A stretch of DNA of 63,921 bases, counting the filler, from an uncultured virus (IMG/VR IMGVR_UViG_2049941000_000289) (Duplodnaviria; Heunggongvirae; Uroviricota; Caudoviricetes). It is 14 parts of one record of this genome, joined end to end, with 100 filler letters (N's around TTAATTAATTAA, not from the genome) between each part and the next. Parts side by side here need not be neighbours in the genome. Positions count along the whole stretch, not along the records: positions 14,357 to 31,268 come from IMGVR_UViG_2049941000_000289; positions 31,369 to 37,603 come from IMGVR_UViG_2049941000_000289; 12 more parts are not named here. The stretch is one strand, 5' to 3'. Under the pieces are notes generated by a model. That model was not told where the DNA came from. It was given only the letters and a program-made list of their open reading frames with translations, and did no database searches. How positions within the stretch are numbered: the first letter of the stretch is position 1; each line of letters opens with the position of its first letter. The position numbers were made by a program, and so were the translations under genes. This document shows positions 23,004-35,392 of this stretch, piece by piece.

Positions 23004-23435
23004 TCATCTGTTTTGTACCTCCTCCTCAAGTTTTCGCTTCATCGCATCGATAGCGGCAGATTTGGACGCTGATTTCGCCGGTTTCAAGAATGGCTTTGCC
23101 GGTTGTCCGTGCCGTCCGTATTCGAGGATGTTGGCAATCTTGGCATTACTGTCACCGTCACGACGAGGCTCCGCAAAGCCAACCTTCACATTGTGATTGC
23201 CTTGCCGGTCGAGCTTTACTCCGGAAGTGCCCAGAGCAGACAGAAGCTGACCTGTAGAGCGGGACTCGACCTTTGTGCCTCTGCCGATAACACCGGCGAG
23301 ATTGGAACGGACCCGTGCTTCGACAACTTCGGCTCCTGCGTTCAGGACTCTTTCAGCCATGCCGTCCTCGTCTGAGGCGAGGTGGGCCAGTTTTTCAAGA
23401 AAGTCATCCGGCATTTTGATATCCACTTTAGCCAC
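23004..23435 (-). CDS. HK97 gp10-family neck protein (alleles at 22698-22925 and 23735-23875)
   Basis: ILEYGRHGQPAKPFLKPA. Confidence 0.85.
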   Translation of the reverse strand: MAKVDIKMPDDFLEKLAHLASDEDGMAERVLNAGAEVVEARVRSNLAGVIGRGTKVESRSTGQLLSALGTSGVKLDRQGNHNVKVGFAEPRRDGDSNAKIANILEYGRHGQPAKPFLKPAKSASKSAAIDAMKRKLEEEVQNR

Positions 23436-23867
23436 GGGACGCCACCACCTTTTTCGCAAGGACCTCGGTGTACATGCCACGACCCTTAACGTCCTCGACG
23501 GAGATAATGTTGAACCGTTCATCATTGCAGAGAATGAAGTGCTCCGTAGTGATCTTTAGGTCCGGTATCGTTCGGAAGCGGAACAGATCCGTCGCTTCGG
23601 AAAAAGCAGCGAGGTTTGCCCATCGCTCGGAACCGTGCCGACCTTCCCGATAGACACGGATGAAAGCGAGGACAGTTTCCCGCTTGGAGGAAAAGCCCTC
23701 GCTATCCTTGACGTTTCGGATTTCNNNNNNNNNNTGCGAGATTGGAGCGGACCCGTGCTTCGACAACTTCGGCTCCGGCATTGAGCACTCTTTCGGCCAT
23801 GCCGTCCTCGTCAGAGGCAAGGTGGGCCAGCTTTTCCAGAAAGTCATCCGGCATTTTGATATCCACT

Positions 23868-24203
23868 TTAGCCACTGGTCGCCACCACCTTTTTTGCAAG
23901 GACCTCTGTGTACATGCCACGGCCTTTCACGTCTTCAACGGAGATGATGTTGAACCGTTCTTCGTTGCACAGGATGAAGTGGTCCGTGGTGATCTTCAGG
24001 TCCGGTATTGTGCGGAAGCGGAATAGGTCGGTTGCCTCGGAAAAAGCAGCGAGGTTTGCCCACCGCTCGGAGCCGTGCCGACCTTCCCGATAGACACGGA
24101 TAAGGGCGAGGACTGTTTCCCGCTTGGAGGAAAAGCCCTCGCTATCCTTGACGTTTCGGATTTCCGTAATTTCTGCAAAGGTGTTCATCTTTCCAAAGCT
24201 CAT
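23868..24203 (-). CDS. Head-tail adaptor/head closure protein (allele at 23428-23724)
   Basis: MSFGKMN...SEATDLFRFR...VEDVKGRGMY. Confidence 0.82.
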   Translation of the reverse strand: MSFGKMNTFAEITEIRNVKDSEGFSSKRETVLALIRVYREGRHGSERWANLAAFSEATDLFRFRTIPDLKITTDHFILCNEERFNIISVEDVKGRGMYTEVLAKKVVATSG

Positions 24204-24204
24204 G

Positions 24205-24473
24205 TCACACCTTCCAATCCCGGTCGAGCCGCAGAAGCAGATTGACCGTATTCCATACCTGCTGACCGGCTTGCACGTTNNNNNNNNNNNNNNNNNNNNN
24301 NNNNNNNNNNNNNNNNNNNNNNNNNNNNNNNNNNNNNNGGTCGAGCCATCCCTCGATTCGTAGAAATGGCTCGCCAGCATAATCACTGCCTGTTCTGTGG
24401 TCGGCGGCATGGGGTGCTCGGAGTAGTAACCTTCGCTGATGTGCTGATAGCTTTCGGCATAAGAAACGGCAGC
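24205..24473 (-). CDS. gp6-like head-tail connector (gapped)
   Basis: AAVSYAESYQH...MPPTTEQAVIMLASHFYESRDG...LLRLDRDWKV. Confidence 0.82.
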
Positions 24474-24483
24474 NNNNNNNNNN

Positions 24484-25086
24484 GACCTTGATCGCCACAT
24501 GGAGCTTGTGGGCGTCGAGGATAATCTGGTCGAAGGTAGCATCACCGAAGGTCAGCGTACCGCCTTCCTCGATCCACGCCGCAGCAGGTTTGGTGGCTGC
24601 GATGTTGATCTTGTGCTCACCGCTGGTGGTGATGTTAGTGCCGAGGGTACGCATGACATTCTCCTCGGTCAGGATGTCGATCAGGCGTTTGTCGTACTCG
24701 TCAGGAACGAGGTAACCGCCCTGCGGGTCAATACCCTCCTGAAGCACGTTGCTGATCTGACGGAAGTTGGTTCTCATGGCCTGAAGCAGGGCTTTCTTGT
24801 ACTCATCGGAAGCACGACCGGTCTTGGCGGCCTTGTCTCCATCGGCCTTCATGGGCTTGCCGGTGAGGGGCTTGGACGTGGGCTTGCTGAGTTCCGCTTC
24901 GATCTCCTCACGACGCTCCATGCGATGGATGCTGTCGGTGAGCTGTGCGACCTCGGTTTCCATATCCTTATAGGTCTTGTCGTCTTCGGCAGAAAGAGTG
25001 CCCTTGTCGGTGGTGTGGGTGTCGAGGAAGGCGTCCATCATACCCACGAGCTTGTTGCGCTTTTCACGCATCTCAGTAATAGTCAT
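24484..25086 (-). CDS. HK97-family major capsid protein N-terminus (lineage A)
   Basis: Coiled-coil delta domain, GGYLVPDE, AAWIEEG. Confidence 0.9.
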
Positions 25087-25101
25087 CGTAAATTACCTCC
25101 A

Positions 25102-26670
25102 TTAAATGAATTTCTTGATGGTGTTCAGCTGCTCCTTGAGCTCTGTCACGGAGCGGCCTTGGGGTTTGTCCGGCTGGGCCGGTCTTGCATTGATCCTGCA
25201 TTTCTCCGCAATCTTTCCCATCAGGGAGTTCATTACGGCTGTCTCCGAGAACATCACGGGGACCGCAGGCTGGGAGTCATCATCGGACACCTCTTCACGG
25301 GAGAGCACATCGTCTATGAAGCCAAGCTCCATAGCCTTGTTTGCGTTCATCCANNNNNNNNNNATTTCAGTAATGGTCATTGTAATTTACCTCCATTAAA
25401 TAAATTTTTTGATGGTGTTGAGCTGCTCTCTGAGTTCCGTCACAGAGCGGCCTTCGGGTTTGTCCGGCTGGGCCGGTTTTGCATTGATCCTGCATTTTTC
25501 CGCGATCTTTCCCATCAGGGAGTTCATCACGGTTGCCTCCGAGAACATCACGGGGACCGCAGGCTGGGTGTCATCGTCGGACACATCTTCACGGGAGAGC
25601 ACTTCGTCTATGAAGCCGAGCTCCATAGCCTTGTTTGCGTTCATCCATGTTTCCGCGTCCATCAGATGCGAGATCTTCGCACGGGAGAGACCGGTCTTGA
25701 TTTCGTAAGCGTTCATAATGCTTTCCTTGACCTCGGAGAGCATTTCGATTGCCTTTTCCATCTCGGCTTTGTCGCCCATAGCGATGGTCATGGGGTTGTG
25801 GATCATCATCATGGACACAGGCGACATCAGCACCTTGGTACCGGCCATTGCAATGACGGACGCCGCTGACGCAGCAATACCGTCGATTTTGATGGTCACA
25901 TTGCCTTTGTAATCGAGCAGCATGTTGTAGATCTGTGCTGCGGCCACACAGTCGCCACCCGGTGAGTTGATCCAAACGGTAATGTCTCCGGTGCCGGAGT
26001 TCAGCTCCTCCTTGAAAAGCTGCGGTGTAACATCATCGTCAAACCAGCTTTCCTCTGCGATTGTCCCGTTTAGGTACAGGGTNNNNNNNNNNGTTTTTAT
26101 TTGCAAACGCGCCTGCCTGATCGAGCGGGAGCATATTGCCGTTGATAAGGTAGAGATCACCTCCGGCTTCGGCAGGGATACGGTCGAGGTTTTCAAGCTC
26201 GCGGATGTCGTTTGCGCTCATCCAGCCGTTCTGCCTTGCGGTGGCATAGCCNNNNNNNNNNGGAGATCTTCGCACGGGAGAGGCCGGTCTTAATTTCGTA
26301 GGCGTTCATAATGCTTTCCTTGACCTCGGAGAGCATTTCGATTGCCTTTTCNNNNNNNNNNTTTGGTACCGGCCATAGCAATGACGGACGCCGCTGACGC
26401 TGCAATGCCGTCGATTTTTACGGTCACATCGCCCTTGTAATCGATCAGCATGTTGTAGATCTGCGCTGCGGCCACACAGTCGCCACCCGGCGAATTGATC
26501 CAAACGGTGATATCGCCGCTGCCGGAGTTCAGTTCCTCCTTGAAAAGCTGCGGTGTGACGTCATCGTCAAACCAGCTTTCCTCTGCGATTGTCCCGTTTA
26601 GGTACAGGGTCCTCTGTGCCGGAGTCGTCTCCGTCTGCGCCTGATTCTTCCACTTCCAGAACTTCTTCAT
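25102..26670 (-). CDS. ClpP-type prohead protease, several allelic fragments (start 26670; stops 25396 and 25102)
   Basis: WINSPGGD, IDGIAASAAS, MMIHNP, ETWMNA. Confidence 0.9.
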
Positions 26671-28050
26671 CGGTGTTTTCCTCCTTTCCGTCATCGTTCT
26701 GTGTATTTGCAAACGCTCCGGCCTGTTGAAGCGGGAGCATATTGCCGTTGATAAGGTAGAGATCACCGCCAGCCTCGGCAGGAATGCGGTCGAGGTTTTC
26801 CAGCTCACGGATGTCGTTTGCACTCATCCAGCCGTTCTGCCTTGCAGTGGCGTAGCCGTTCATGCGGCTTTGGTAATCTCCACGGAGCAGACCCTCNNNN
26901 NNNNNNGGTGGCGTAGCCGTTCATGCGGCTTTGGTAATCTCCACGGAGCAGACCCTCCAAGTTGAACTTCACGAAATACGACTTCTTTTCTTCCGGGGTG
27001 AGTAGCGTCCGCATGATGGATTGCTCCCAGCGGATCACCCACGGGTCAAGGGTNNNNNNNNNNAAGCGTCCGCATGATGGATTGCTCCCAGCGGATCACC
27101 CACGGGTCAAGGGTGTATTTCACAAACTCTAAGGATTGCTGCTCAATATTAGAAAAGCTCGACTTTTCGAGGTCACCGACCATGTGCGGTGGTACCCTGA
27201 AAATTCGAGCGATTTCATTAATCTGGAACTTTCGTGTCTCAAGGAACTGTGCCTGTTCCGGGGAGATGGAGATGGGCGTATATTTCATGCCTTCCTCCAG
27301 CACGGCGATCTTGCCGCTGTTCTGGGAGCCTCCGAACTGAGACTGCCATGCCTCCCGAACACGCTGCGGGTCCTTAATGGTTCCGGGGTGTTCCAGTACA
27401 CCGGAAGGGGCTGCGCCATTGGCGAAGAACTTAGCTCCGTATTCCTCAGTGGCGATGGCAAGGCCGATGGCGTTTTTGGCCATTGCAATCGGACTGTACC
27501 CGACAAGGCCATCAAAGCCGAGACCGGGAATGTGGAGCACATCGGTGGGCTTCAGAATAACTGTTTCACTCTTGCCGCCGACCTCATCAATGGATCGGAG
27601 GTACTGATAGTAGAGCTGGCCATTCTCGTCCCGATCCACACTCATCTTGTTAGGCATCAAGGGATACAATGCCATGACCTCGCCCTTACTGTTCCTGATG
27701 ATTTGAGCATAGGCATTGCCCCACAGGAGCAGGTGCGTCATGAGTGTTTCCCGGAAGACGAAGGAACTCATCTCTGGATTCGGCTCATCATGCAGAATCA
27801 GGTAAAGTGAATGATCGATAGCTTTTTCCTTGCCGCCGTCGCTGTTGTATCGGTAAACATGAAGCGGGAGCCCTGCGATAGCTTCGGCCAGAATACGGAC
27901 GCAGGAGTAAACCGCAGTCATCTGCATGGCACTGCGTTCTGTTACTGTTTTGCCAGAGGTGCTGCCACCCATGTAAAAGGTGTAACGGGAGCCGACTGTG
28001 CTGTCGGTGGGCTTGTCTCTGGATTTGAATAGTCCGCTGAAAATACCCAT
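26567..28050 (-). CDS. HK97-family portal protein lineage A (fragmented 3' end)
   Basis: LLWGNAYA, HIPGLGFDGLVGYSPI, QFLETRKFQINEIARIFRVPP. Confidence 0.93.
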
Positions 28051-28450
28051 ATCACATCACCGTCCTTTCATAAAAATAAAAGACCANNNNNNNNNNNNNN
28101 NNNNNNNNNNNNNNNNNNNNNNNNNNNNNNNNNNNNNNNNNNNNNNNNNNNNNNNNNNNNNNNNNNNNNNNNNNNNNNNNNNNNNNNNNNNNNNNNNNNN
28201 NNNNNNNNNNNNNNNNNNNNNNNNNNNNNNNNNNNNNNNNNNNNNNNNNNNNNNNNNNNNNNNNNNNNNNNNNNNNNNNNNNNNNNNNNNNNNNNNNNNN
28301 NNNNNNNNNNNNNNNNNNNNNNNNNNNNNNNNNNNNNNNNNNNNNNNNNNNNNNNNNNNNNNNNNNNNNNNNNNNNNNNNNNNNNNNNNNNNNNNNNNNN
28401 NNNNNNNNNNNNNNNNNNNNNNNNNNNNNNNNNNNNNNNNNNNNNNNNNN

Positions 28451-28686
28451 AGGTCATCTTCGCTTGTAGCAAAAGCGCAGCGGTCCCATTTCTCCATAGG
28501 CATCCAGCGCACGGCCTGTTTGACCCACTGGTTAAGCCTTAGCTGCCGGAAGGAGTTCTCCTCGGCAGGGTTCTGCTTTGCGGACTCACAGGCGGCCTTT
28601 ACCTTGTCGATACCGACCGTGATGCCGAGCGAGGGATTCGCTTTCTTCCAGACCTTCGGGTCCGTCCAGTCGTCGTTTTCATCGGC
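28451..28686 (-). CDS. Terminase large subunit fragment
   Basis: WKKANPSLG...FRQLRLNQW. Confidence 0.88.
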
Positions 28687-29008
28687 NNNNNNNNNNNNNN
28701 NNNNNNNNNNNNNNNNNNNNNNNNNNNNNNNNNNNNNNNNNNNNNNNNNNNNNNNNNNNNNNNNNNNNNNNNNNNNNNNNNNNNNNNNNNNNNNNNNNNN
28801 NNNNNNNNNNNNNNNNNNNNNNNNNNNNNNNNNNNNNNNNNNNNNNNNNNNNNNNNNNNNNNNNNNNNNNNNNNNNNNNNNNNNNNNNNNNNNNNNNNNN
28901 NNNNNNNNNNNNNNNNNNNNNNNNNNNNNNNNNNNNNNNNNNNNNNNNNNNNNNNNNNNNNNNNNNNNNNNNNNNNNNNNNNNNNNNNNNNNNNNNNNNN
29001 NNNNNNNN

Positions 29009-29484
29009 TTTTTCTTTTTCTCACCATTCGGCCCGATATAGAACTCGTCACTGGCTTTGATGGTCTGATCCTGCTGAATCAGGTCTATGAGGGCACGGAC
29101 CAGATTGACATCCTTATGAACCGTCTCGCCTACATCGAGGAAGTCATTTACAAAACCGATCATCCCGTTCAAGGCAGTTTGATAGTCCGCTCTCACTACG
29201 GAGTCAAATGCTGATACTACCTGTTCGTCATCAAATGGCAGGTATGCGCTATTCGATGTTTTGCAGGCTTTGTAGTTGTTTGCCGTGCCTTTCAAATTCT
29301 CTTTGCCGGGATCTGCGTAATCTGGATTGATTACCTTAATCAGACCTACCAGCACTTCTGGATCGGACAAACCATCGCTGTCCCCAGAATAGTGTTCTCT
29401 CGCTTTCATTCGTTGCCGGAGGGCTTGTAACACCAACGTGAAGAAGGTGCCTCCGCACAGGCGAGGATATTCGTTTATTGTCAC
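29009..29484 (-). CDS. Hypothetical prophage-end protein (N-terminal part)
   Basis: GTG start after GGAGG; RLCGGTFFTLVLQA; lower GC; own promoter. Confidence 0.7.
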
Positions 29485-29573
29485 AGATTGTCCCTCCGAT
29501 TGACCGTCATTTACATGCCGAAAAGTGGTGGCTGTTTCGGATTTCTAATTCCTAACAAACCCCACTAAAACAC

Positions 29574-29602
29574 ATTATAGCACAAAAAACCCGAAATTAC
29601 AA
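29574..29602 (-). promoter_or_regulatory. sigmaA promoter for the 29484 gene
   Basis: TTGTAA-17 bp-TATAAT with extended TG. Confidence 0.7.
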
Positions 29603-30520
29603 TCCCATGCAATGAACTCTATATGGCGAGAGTATAAAAATTTATCTGGTCGCTGACCTTATTAACCTTAGNNNNNNNNNNNNNNNNNNNNNNNNNNNNN
29701 NNNNNNNNNNNNNNNNNNNNNNNNNNNNNNNNNNNNNNNNNNNNNNNNNNNNNNNNNNNNNNNNNNNNNNNNNNNNNNNNNNNNNNNNNNNNNNNNNNNN
29801 NNNNNNNNNNNNNNNNNNNNNNNNNNNNNNNNNNNNNNNNNNNNNNNNNNNNNNNNNNNNNNNNNNNNNNNNNNNNNNNNNNNNNNNNNNNNNNNNNNNN
29901 NNNNNNNNNNNNNNNNNNNNNNNNNNNNNNNNNNNNNNNNNNNNNNNNNNNNNNNNNNNNNNNNNNNNNNNNNNNNNNNNNNNNNNNNNNNNNNNNNNNN
30001 NNNNNNNNNNNNNNNNNNNNNNNNNNNNNNNNNNNNNNNNNNNNNNNNNNNNNNNNNNNNNNNNNNNNNNNNNNNNNNNNNNNNNNNNNNNNNNNNNNNN
30101 NNNNNNNNNNNNNNNNNNNNNNNNNNNNNNNNNNNNNNNNNNNNNNNNNNNNNNNNNNNNNNNNNNNNNNNNNNNNNNNNNNNNNNNNNNNNNNNNNNNN
30201 NNNNNNNNNNNNNNNNNNNNNNNNNNNNNNNNNNNNNNNNNNNNNNNNNNNNNNNNNNNNNNNNNNNNNNNNNNNNNNNNNNNNNNNNNNNNNNNNNNNN
30301 NNNNNNNNNNNNNNNNNNNNNNNNNNNNNNNNNNNNNNNNNNNNNNNNNNNNNNNNNNNNNNNNNNNNNNNNNNNNNNNNNNNNNNNNNNNNNNNNNNNN
30401 NNNNNNNNNNNNNNNNNNNNNNNNNNNNNNNNNNNNNNNNNNNNNNNNNNNNNNNNNNNNNNNNNNNNNNNNNNNNNNNNNNNNNNNNNNNNNNNNNNNN
30501 NNNNNNNNNNNNNNNNNNNC

Positions 30521-30829
30521 ACCGATGAAGCCGAGGCGAAGCAGGAAGCAGCGGAATGCGTACTTGTCGTTGTCGACCTCTTTTTCCTTGGCAGTGATCC
30601 GCTTCTGGTTCCGGCTCATTTCGCAAAGGGCCGCGATGAAGTGGGAGTAGGCTTTGATCTCTTCGGGCGAGGGCAGCTCCGAAAACCATGGGAATGCGAT
30701 GCGGTCCTCTTTGATCTCGATGCGGATGTCGTCCACGCCGAGCGCCTTTTTGATCAGGCTGCCTTTTGCGTCCAGCAGTTTTGTCAGGTTGCCGACCGAA
30801 ACCTTGTCGAGCGGGATCTCAATCACGAG
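30521..30829 (-). CDS. 'Virulence-related' phage protein fragment
   Basis: KGSLIKKALG...FPWF...NDKYAFRCFLLRLGFIG; paralog of 46267-46947. Confidence 0.8.
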
Positions 30830-30839
30830 NNNNNNNNNN

Positions 30840-31268
30840 TTCGACCTTATGAAAGCATACATGCCGCAGATGGGCGTAAGGCAGATCGTGACGGACACCG
30901 GCGCTGTGATCGGATGGCTGGCTCCTGAAATGGACAACGCCCTCGGACAGATGCAGAAGCTGAAAGTGAGGTACGCATGAGCTACATCCTGTTTGGAAAC
31001 AAGAACACACATACGGATTACGGGCTCATCGTAGCCCCGTATGAGATCCCCATGCCCACNNNNNNNNNNACGAGATGGGTCGTTGGACCTGACAGAGGCT
31101 TTTGATGCGATCAGGTTCAACGACCGTATCATCCTTCTGACCCTGTACGCGACCGGAGAATACGACACACGGGTCTCCGCTTTCGTGAACGCTGTCCACG
31201 GCAAACGGATGCAGATCATATTCAGCAAAGACCCGAATTATTACTACACGGGCCGTGTGGATGTGACG
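30840..31268 (+). CDS. End of a tape measure protein (to 30980) and start of a different Dit-like tail protein (from 30977)
   Basis: DTGAVIGWLAPEMDNALG; ATGA overlap; MSYILFGNKNTHTDYGL...DGSLDLTEA...YYYTGR. Confidence 0.6.
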
Positions 31269-31368
31269 NNNNNNNNNNNNNNNNNNNNNNNNNNNNNNNN
31301 NNNNNNNNNNNNTTAATTAATTAANNNNNNNNNNNNNNNNNNNNNNNNNNNNNNNNNNNNNNNNNNNN

Positions 31369-33986
31369 TGACACGGAAAAGGCCGTTGAGTATGCGGACA
31401 TGGCCATTACGGATATGTCGGACAATGCCAATAAGATGGGCTCCGATATGTCCGCGATCCAGTCAGCCTATCAGGGGTTTGCCAAGCAGAACTACACCAT
31501 GCTGGACAATCTGAAGCTGGGCTACGGCGGCACCAAGACCGAGATGGAGCGCTTGCTCAAGGACGCGCAGGCGATCTCAGGCATCGAGTACAACATCGAC
31601 TCCTACGCGGATGTGGTCGAGGCTATTCATGTGATCCAGACGAGCATGGACATCACCGGCACCACCGCAAAGGAAGCNNNNNNNNNNATTCGCCAAGCAG
31701 AACTACACCATGCTTGACAACCTGAAGTTGGGCTACGGCGGCACCAAGACCGAGATGGAGCGCCTGCTCAAGGACGCGCAGGCGATCTCGGGCATCGAGT
31801 ACAACATCGACTCCTACGCGGATGTGGTCGAGGCCATCCATGTGATCCAGACGAGCATGGACATCACCGGCACTACCGCAAAGGAAGCNNNNNNNNNNGA
31901 TACCATTCCACAGGCCTTTGAGCAGGCTTGCACCGGCGTCAGCCATCTTGCTGGTCAGGCCAACGATCGCATCCACGATGCCGGTCACGATCTTCGGCAC
32001 CGCTTTTACGATCTCCGCGATGATCGTGGGCAGGTTCTCGATCAGGGCTATGAAGAGATCGACGCCCGCCTGAATGATCTTGTCGATGTTCCCGATGAAC
32101 GCGTCCACGATACCGGAAACGATCTCCGGGATGGCTTTGACGATGGTGGTTATGATCTCCGGCAGCGCCTGAATGAGTGCTATCAACAGCTTGATGCCCG
32201 CCTGAATGATCTGCGGGATCGCACCTATGACCGCCTTGATGATGCCGTCGATGATCTTCGGTATCGCTTCGACGATCTTCGCTATGATCTGCGGCAGTGC
32301 ATTTACCAGCGAGGTCAGCAGTTTAATCCCCGCGTCGATGATCTCCGGAATGGAGTCGAGGAGAAAATCGACGATCGCCAGAATGATCTCCGGCAGCGCA
32401 TCGATCAGTACCGGGAGCGAATCAAGTATGCCTTGCACCAGCCCCTCGATCAGCTGTAATGCCGCATCGAGGATCATGGGCAGGTTCTCGATCAGCCCCT
32501 GTACAATGGTCACGATCGCCTGCACCGCCGCCGGGATCAGCGTGGGCAGTGCTTCCGCGATCCCTTGAACCAGAGCAGCAATCATCTGCACCGCCGCGTC
32601 AATGATCAGCGGCAGGTTTTCTATAATCGCGTTCACGATCGTCATGATCGCCTGAACCGCTGCGGGGATCAGACTCGGAAGCAGTTTCACAATGGTGGTC
32701 AGCACCTCGGAAAAGAGCCCCGTCACCGTCTGCAGCAGCACGGGGAGCAGTTCTCCGACAGCCTCGATCAGCGCACCGGCCACAGAGGGCAGCGCGGCTA
32801 CGATGTTCTGGATCACGGGCGTGATATTCTTGACCACGCTCTTGAAGGCGTCGATCACGTCCTTGCAGAGCTTGCCCATGTCCGCGTCCGCACGGCCAAA
32901 GCCGGTGATCAGGTTCTTGATCGCACCCTGCATGGAGTTGACGGACCCGGAGATTGTGTGCTCNNNNNNNNNNTTCCTGCAGTTTCCCGGAGGAGTCCTT
33001 GAACAGGGTGTCGATACCGCCGACCAACTGCTCATAGTCCGCAAAAGCGGAGATGACCTCTTTGCCCAGCTTCACGGCGGCAGCGCCTGCGGCAACGAGC
33101 ACCGCACCCATGGCGGCTCCGACCGTTTTGAGNNNNNNNNNNTTTGCAGAGCTTGCCCATGTCCGCGTCCGCACGGCCAAAGCCGGTGATAAGATTCTTG
33201 ATCGCACCCTGCATGGAGTTGACGGACCCGGAGATCGTATGCTCGGCTTCCTTTGCGGTAGTGCCGGTGATGTCCATGCTCGTCTGGATCACATGNNNNN
33301 NNNNNCTCCTGCAGTTTCCCGGAGGAGTTCTTGAACAGGGTGTCGATACCGCCGACCAACTGTTCATAATCCGCAAAAGCGGAGATGACCTCTTTGCCCA
33401 GCTTCACTGCGGCTGCACCAGCGGCAACGAGCACCGCACCCATAGCGGCTCCGACTGTTTTCAGAACGTTGCCGAGGCTCTCGAACTTGCTCTCGGAATC
33501 CTTGGCGGCATCCCCGGCTTCGTCGATCTCGTCACCCATGTCGTCTGCACTGTCGGTGACGTTGTCCATCTCCCGATCCATGCCGTCCAGCGCATCTTCG
33601 GCTCGACCGTATCCGGCGTTGGCCTCATCCAAGGCCGCATTGTTATCGGCAAGCTCACGCTCCATGTCGTTGAGCGCGGCTTCCGCATTGTTCAGCTGGA
33701 TCTGCCACGCCTGCGTCCGGCGGTCGTTCTCGCCAAAGGACTCTGCTGCATTCTGCAACGCGGCGCGTAGGACCTCGATCTTCTGCTTCTGCGCTTCGAT
33801 CTCCTTGTTCAGGACCGTGTTCCGGGAGGTGAGCGCGTCGACCGATTTGTCGTTCTTATCAAACTGGGACGCGACCAGCTTCATCTCGGACCCGAGGACC
33901 TTGAAGGAGGAGTTGATGTCCGCCAGCGCTTTCTTGAACTCTTTTTCGCCTTCCAGACCGATCTTCAATCCGAAATTGTCCGCCAT
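31369..33986. CDS. Tape measure protein lineage B, scrambled allelic fragments (start 33986 on minus; 31369-31888 on plus)
   Basis: MADNFGLKIGLEGEKEFK; AYQGFAKQNYTMLDNLKLGYGGTK; LPxII repeats. Confidence 0.88.
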
Positions 33987-34004
33987 ATGGACCGCCTCCT
34001 TTCC

Positions 34005-34576
34005 TTAGATCCCGTCCGGGATGATGTCGTCAATGAAATGCTCCCGCTTGGGCTCTGCCAGCCCGTTGTACTGCTTGTGGCATTCGAACAGGTCCAGCAA
34101 TAGACCAAAAGGCATCGTCCAGACCTCATCCTGCGTCAGATGAAGTTGGGCGATGCCGAAATAGAGCAGCCGGGTAAACAACTCTTCGTCGCTTACCCGA
34201 CCTGTGCGTTTTTTGGGTTTGTCTCGCTTTCGATGTTCCGCTTTGTGCCGCGATACAGTGCTTCCGTGATGGCCGTCTTATACTCGCCAAGGTCGGAAGG
34301 CACCGTTAGAAGCTCGACTTCGTCCGTGGTGAGGACATGCTTCGGTTTGTCGGCGTGCTTCAGGTTGTAGATCAGAATGCTCTGGTTGGCCAGAAGCGTG
34401 ATAAGCCACACGATCTCGCTGATCGCCATCTCAAAGTTCTCTCCCTTTAGGAGTTTATCCCCGAGATTCTCAAGACCGCCGTATCTGCCTGCGATCTCCC
34501 TGGTAGCCTTCGTGGTCAGAATGAGCTCATACTCATCTCCGCCAATGTTGATGAACGCACTACGATCGTTTTCCAT
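34005..34576 (-). CDS. Tail assembly chaperone G (34193-34576) and frameshifted GT, lineage B (allele 35946-36281)
   Basis: A AAA AAC at 34208-34214; -1 frame open to DDIIPDGI*. Confidence 0.85.
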
Positions 34577-34587
34577 ACAGCGTCTCC

Positions 34588-35041
34588 TTAGTTTGTTGAT
34601 GCGCTACCGCCGGGGATCGTACCGGGCGACAGGTTCAGATCACCGACAGGCTCATACACGGCATCGTACCAGGTACTGATCACGCTGTCGTCAACGCCCT
34701 CCGTGCCTTCGGTGACCTCCGCTTTCCACGGGTGGTTGTCGCTATAGTCCACCTTGTTGCGACGCATGATCGTGCCTTCGATGGTGGGCGTCTGGAAACT
34801 GATTGAGTCGCCCTTCGTCTGAAGGTTGGTGGCGGGGATGCCGAACTTGACACGNNNNNNNNNNTTCCTTCACGACCTCCGCTGCACCGTCGTCCGCGTA
34901 GAGGATCGCTTCATTCAGTTCAACGGAAAGCTCTGCCGAGATCGCCTTCGCAAGGACCGCAGGCGTTCCGTAGGTTTCGTTACCGTTCGCGTCTTCCGTG
35001 ATCGGTGCGTAATAGAGTTTATCAAGGCCGATTGTTGCCAT
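34588..35041 (-). CDS. Major tail protein lineage B (gapped; another allele 36293-36562)
   Basis: MATIGLDKLYYAPITED...LYADDG; RVKFGIPATNLQTKGDSI. Confidence 0.88.
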
Positions 35042-35392
35042 TTATCGTTCCTCCGTTTCATATTCGTAGTATTGGGCCACATCCACGGTATAGTGGTGGT
35101 AGCCGGATTCAGGCTCGAAGCCTAAGTACTGCCGGTCGGTAATGGTGTATCCGCTTTGGACCAGCAGCCGGACCAGCCGGTTCTTCACAGCCGTATAGCT
35201 GCCTTTCGAGTAAAGGGAAAGCCGCGCTTCCTGAATATCCACGCCGGGCTCGTTATCCGCGTGCAGGTCAAAGCTGTCCGACAGTGGCACGATCACAAGG
35301 TACTGGTCCGGAGCCATGTTGGAAAACACGCCGGTCTCCATAGGAACATCCAGCACGGGAAGCAGAGCGGTCAGGTCTTCCAGTATGCTCAT
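35042..35392 (-). CDS. Tail completion protein lineage B
   Basis: Paralog of 22366-22701. Confidence 0.78.
   Translation of the reverse strand: MSILEDLTALLPVLDVPMETGVFSNMAPDQYLVIVPLSDSFDLHADNEPGVDIQEARLSLYSKGSYTAVKNRLVRLLVQSGYTITDRQYLGFEPESGYHHYTVDVAQYYEYETEER

Noticed and set aside
24499..25869. Long opposite-strand ORFs (also 3462-4337, 31710-32459, 49978-50859)
   Set aside because: Antisense shadows of codon-biased phage genes with no recognisable motifs
28057..29484. Apparent fusion proteins in the ORF track (also 123-617, 2443-3501, 15640-16608, 41300-41962, 50852-51655)
   Set aside because: Frames read through N gaps joining unrelated contigs
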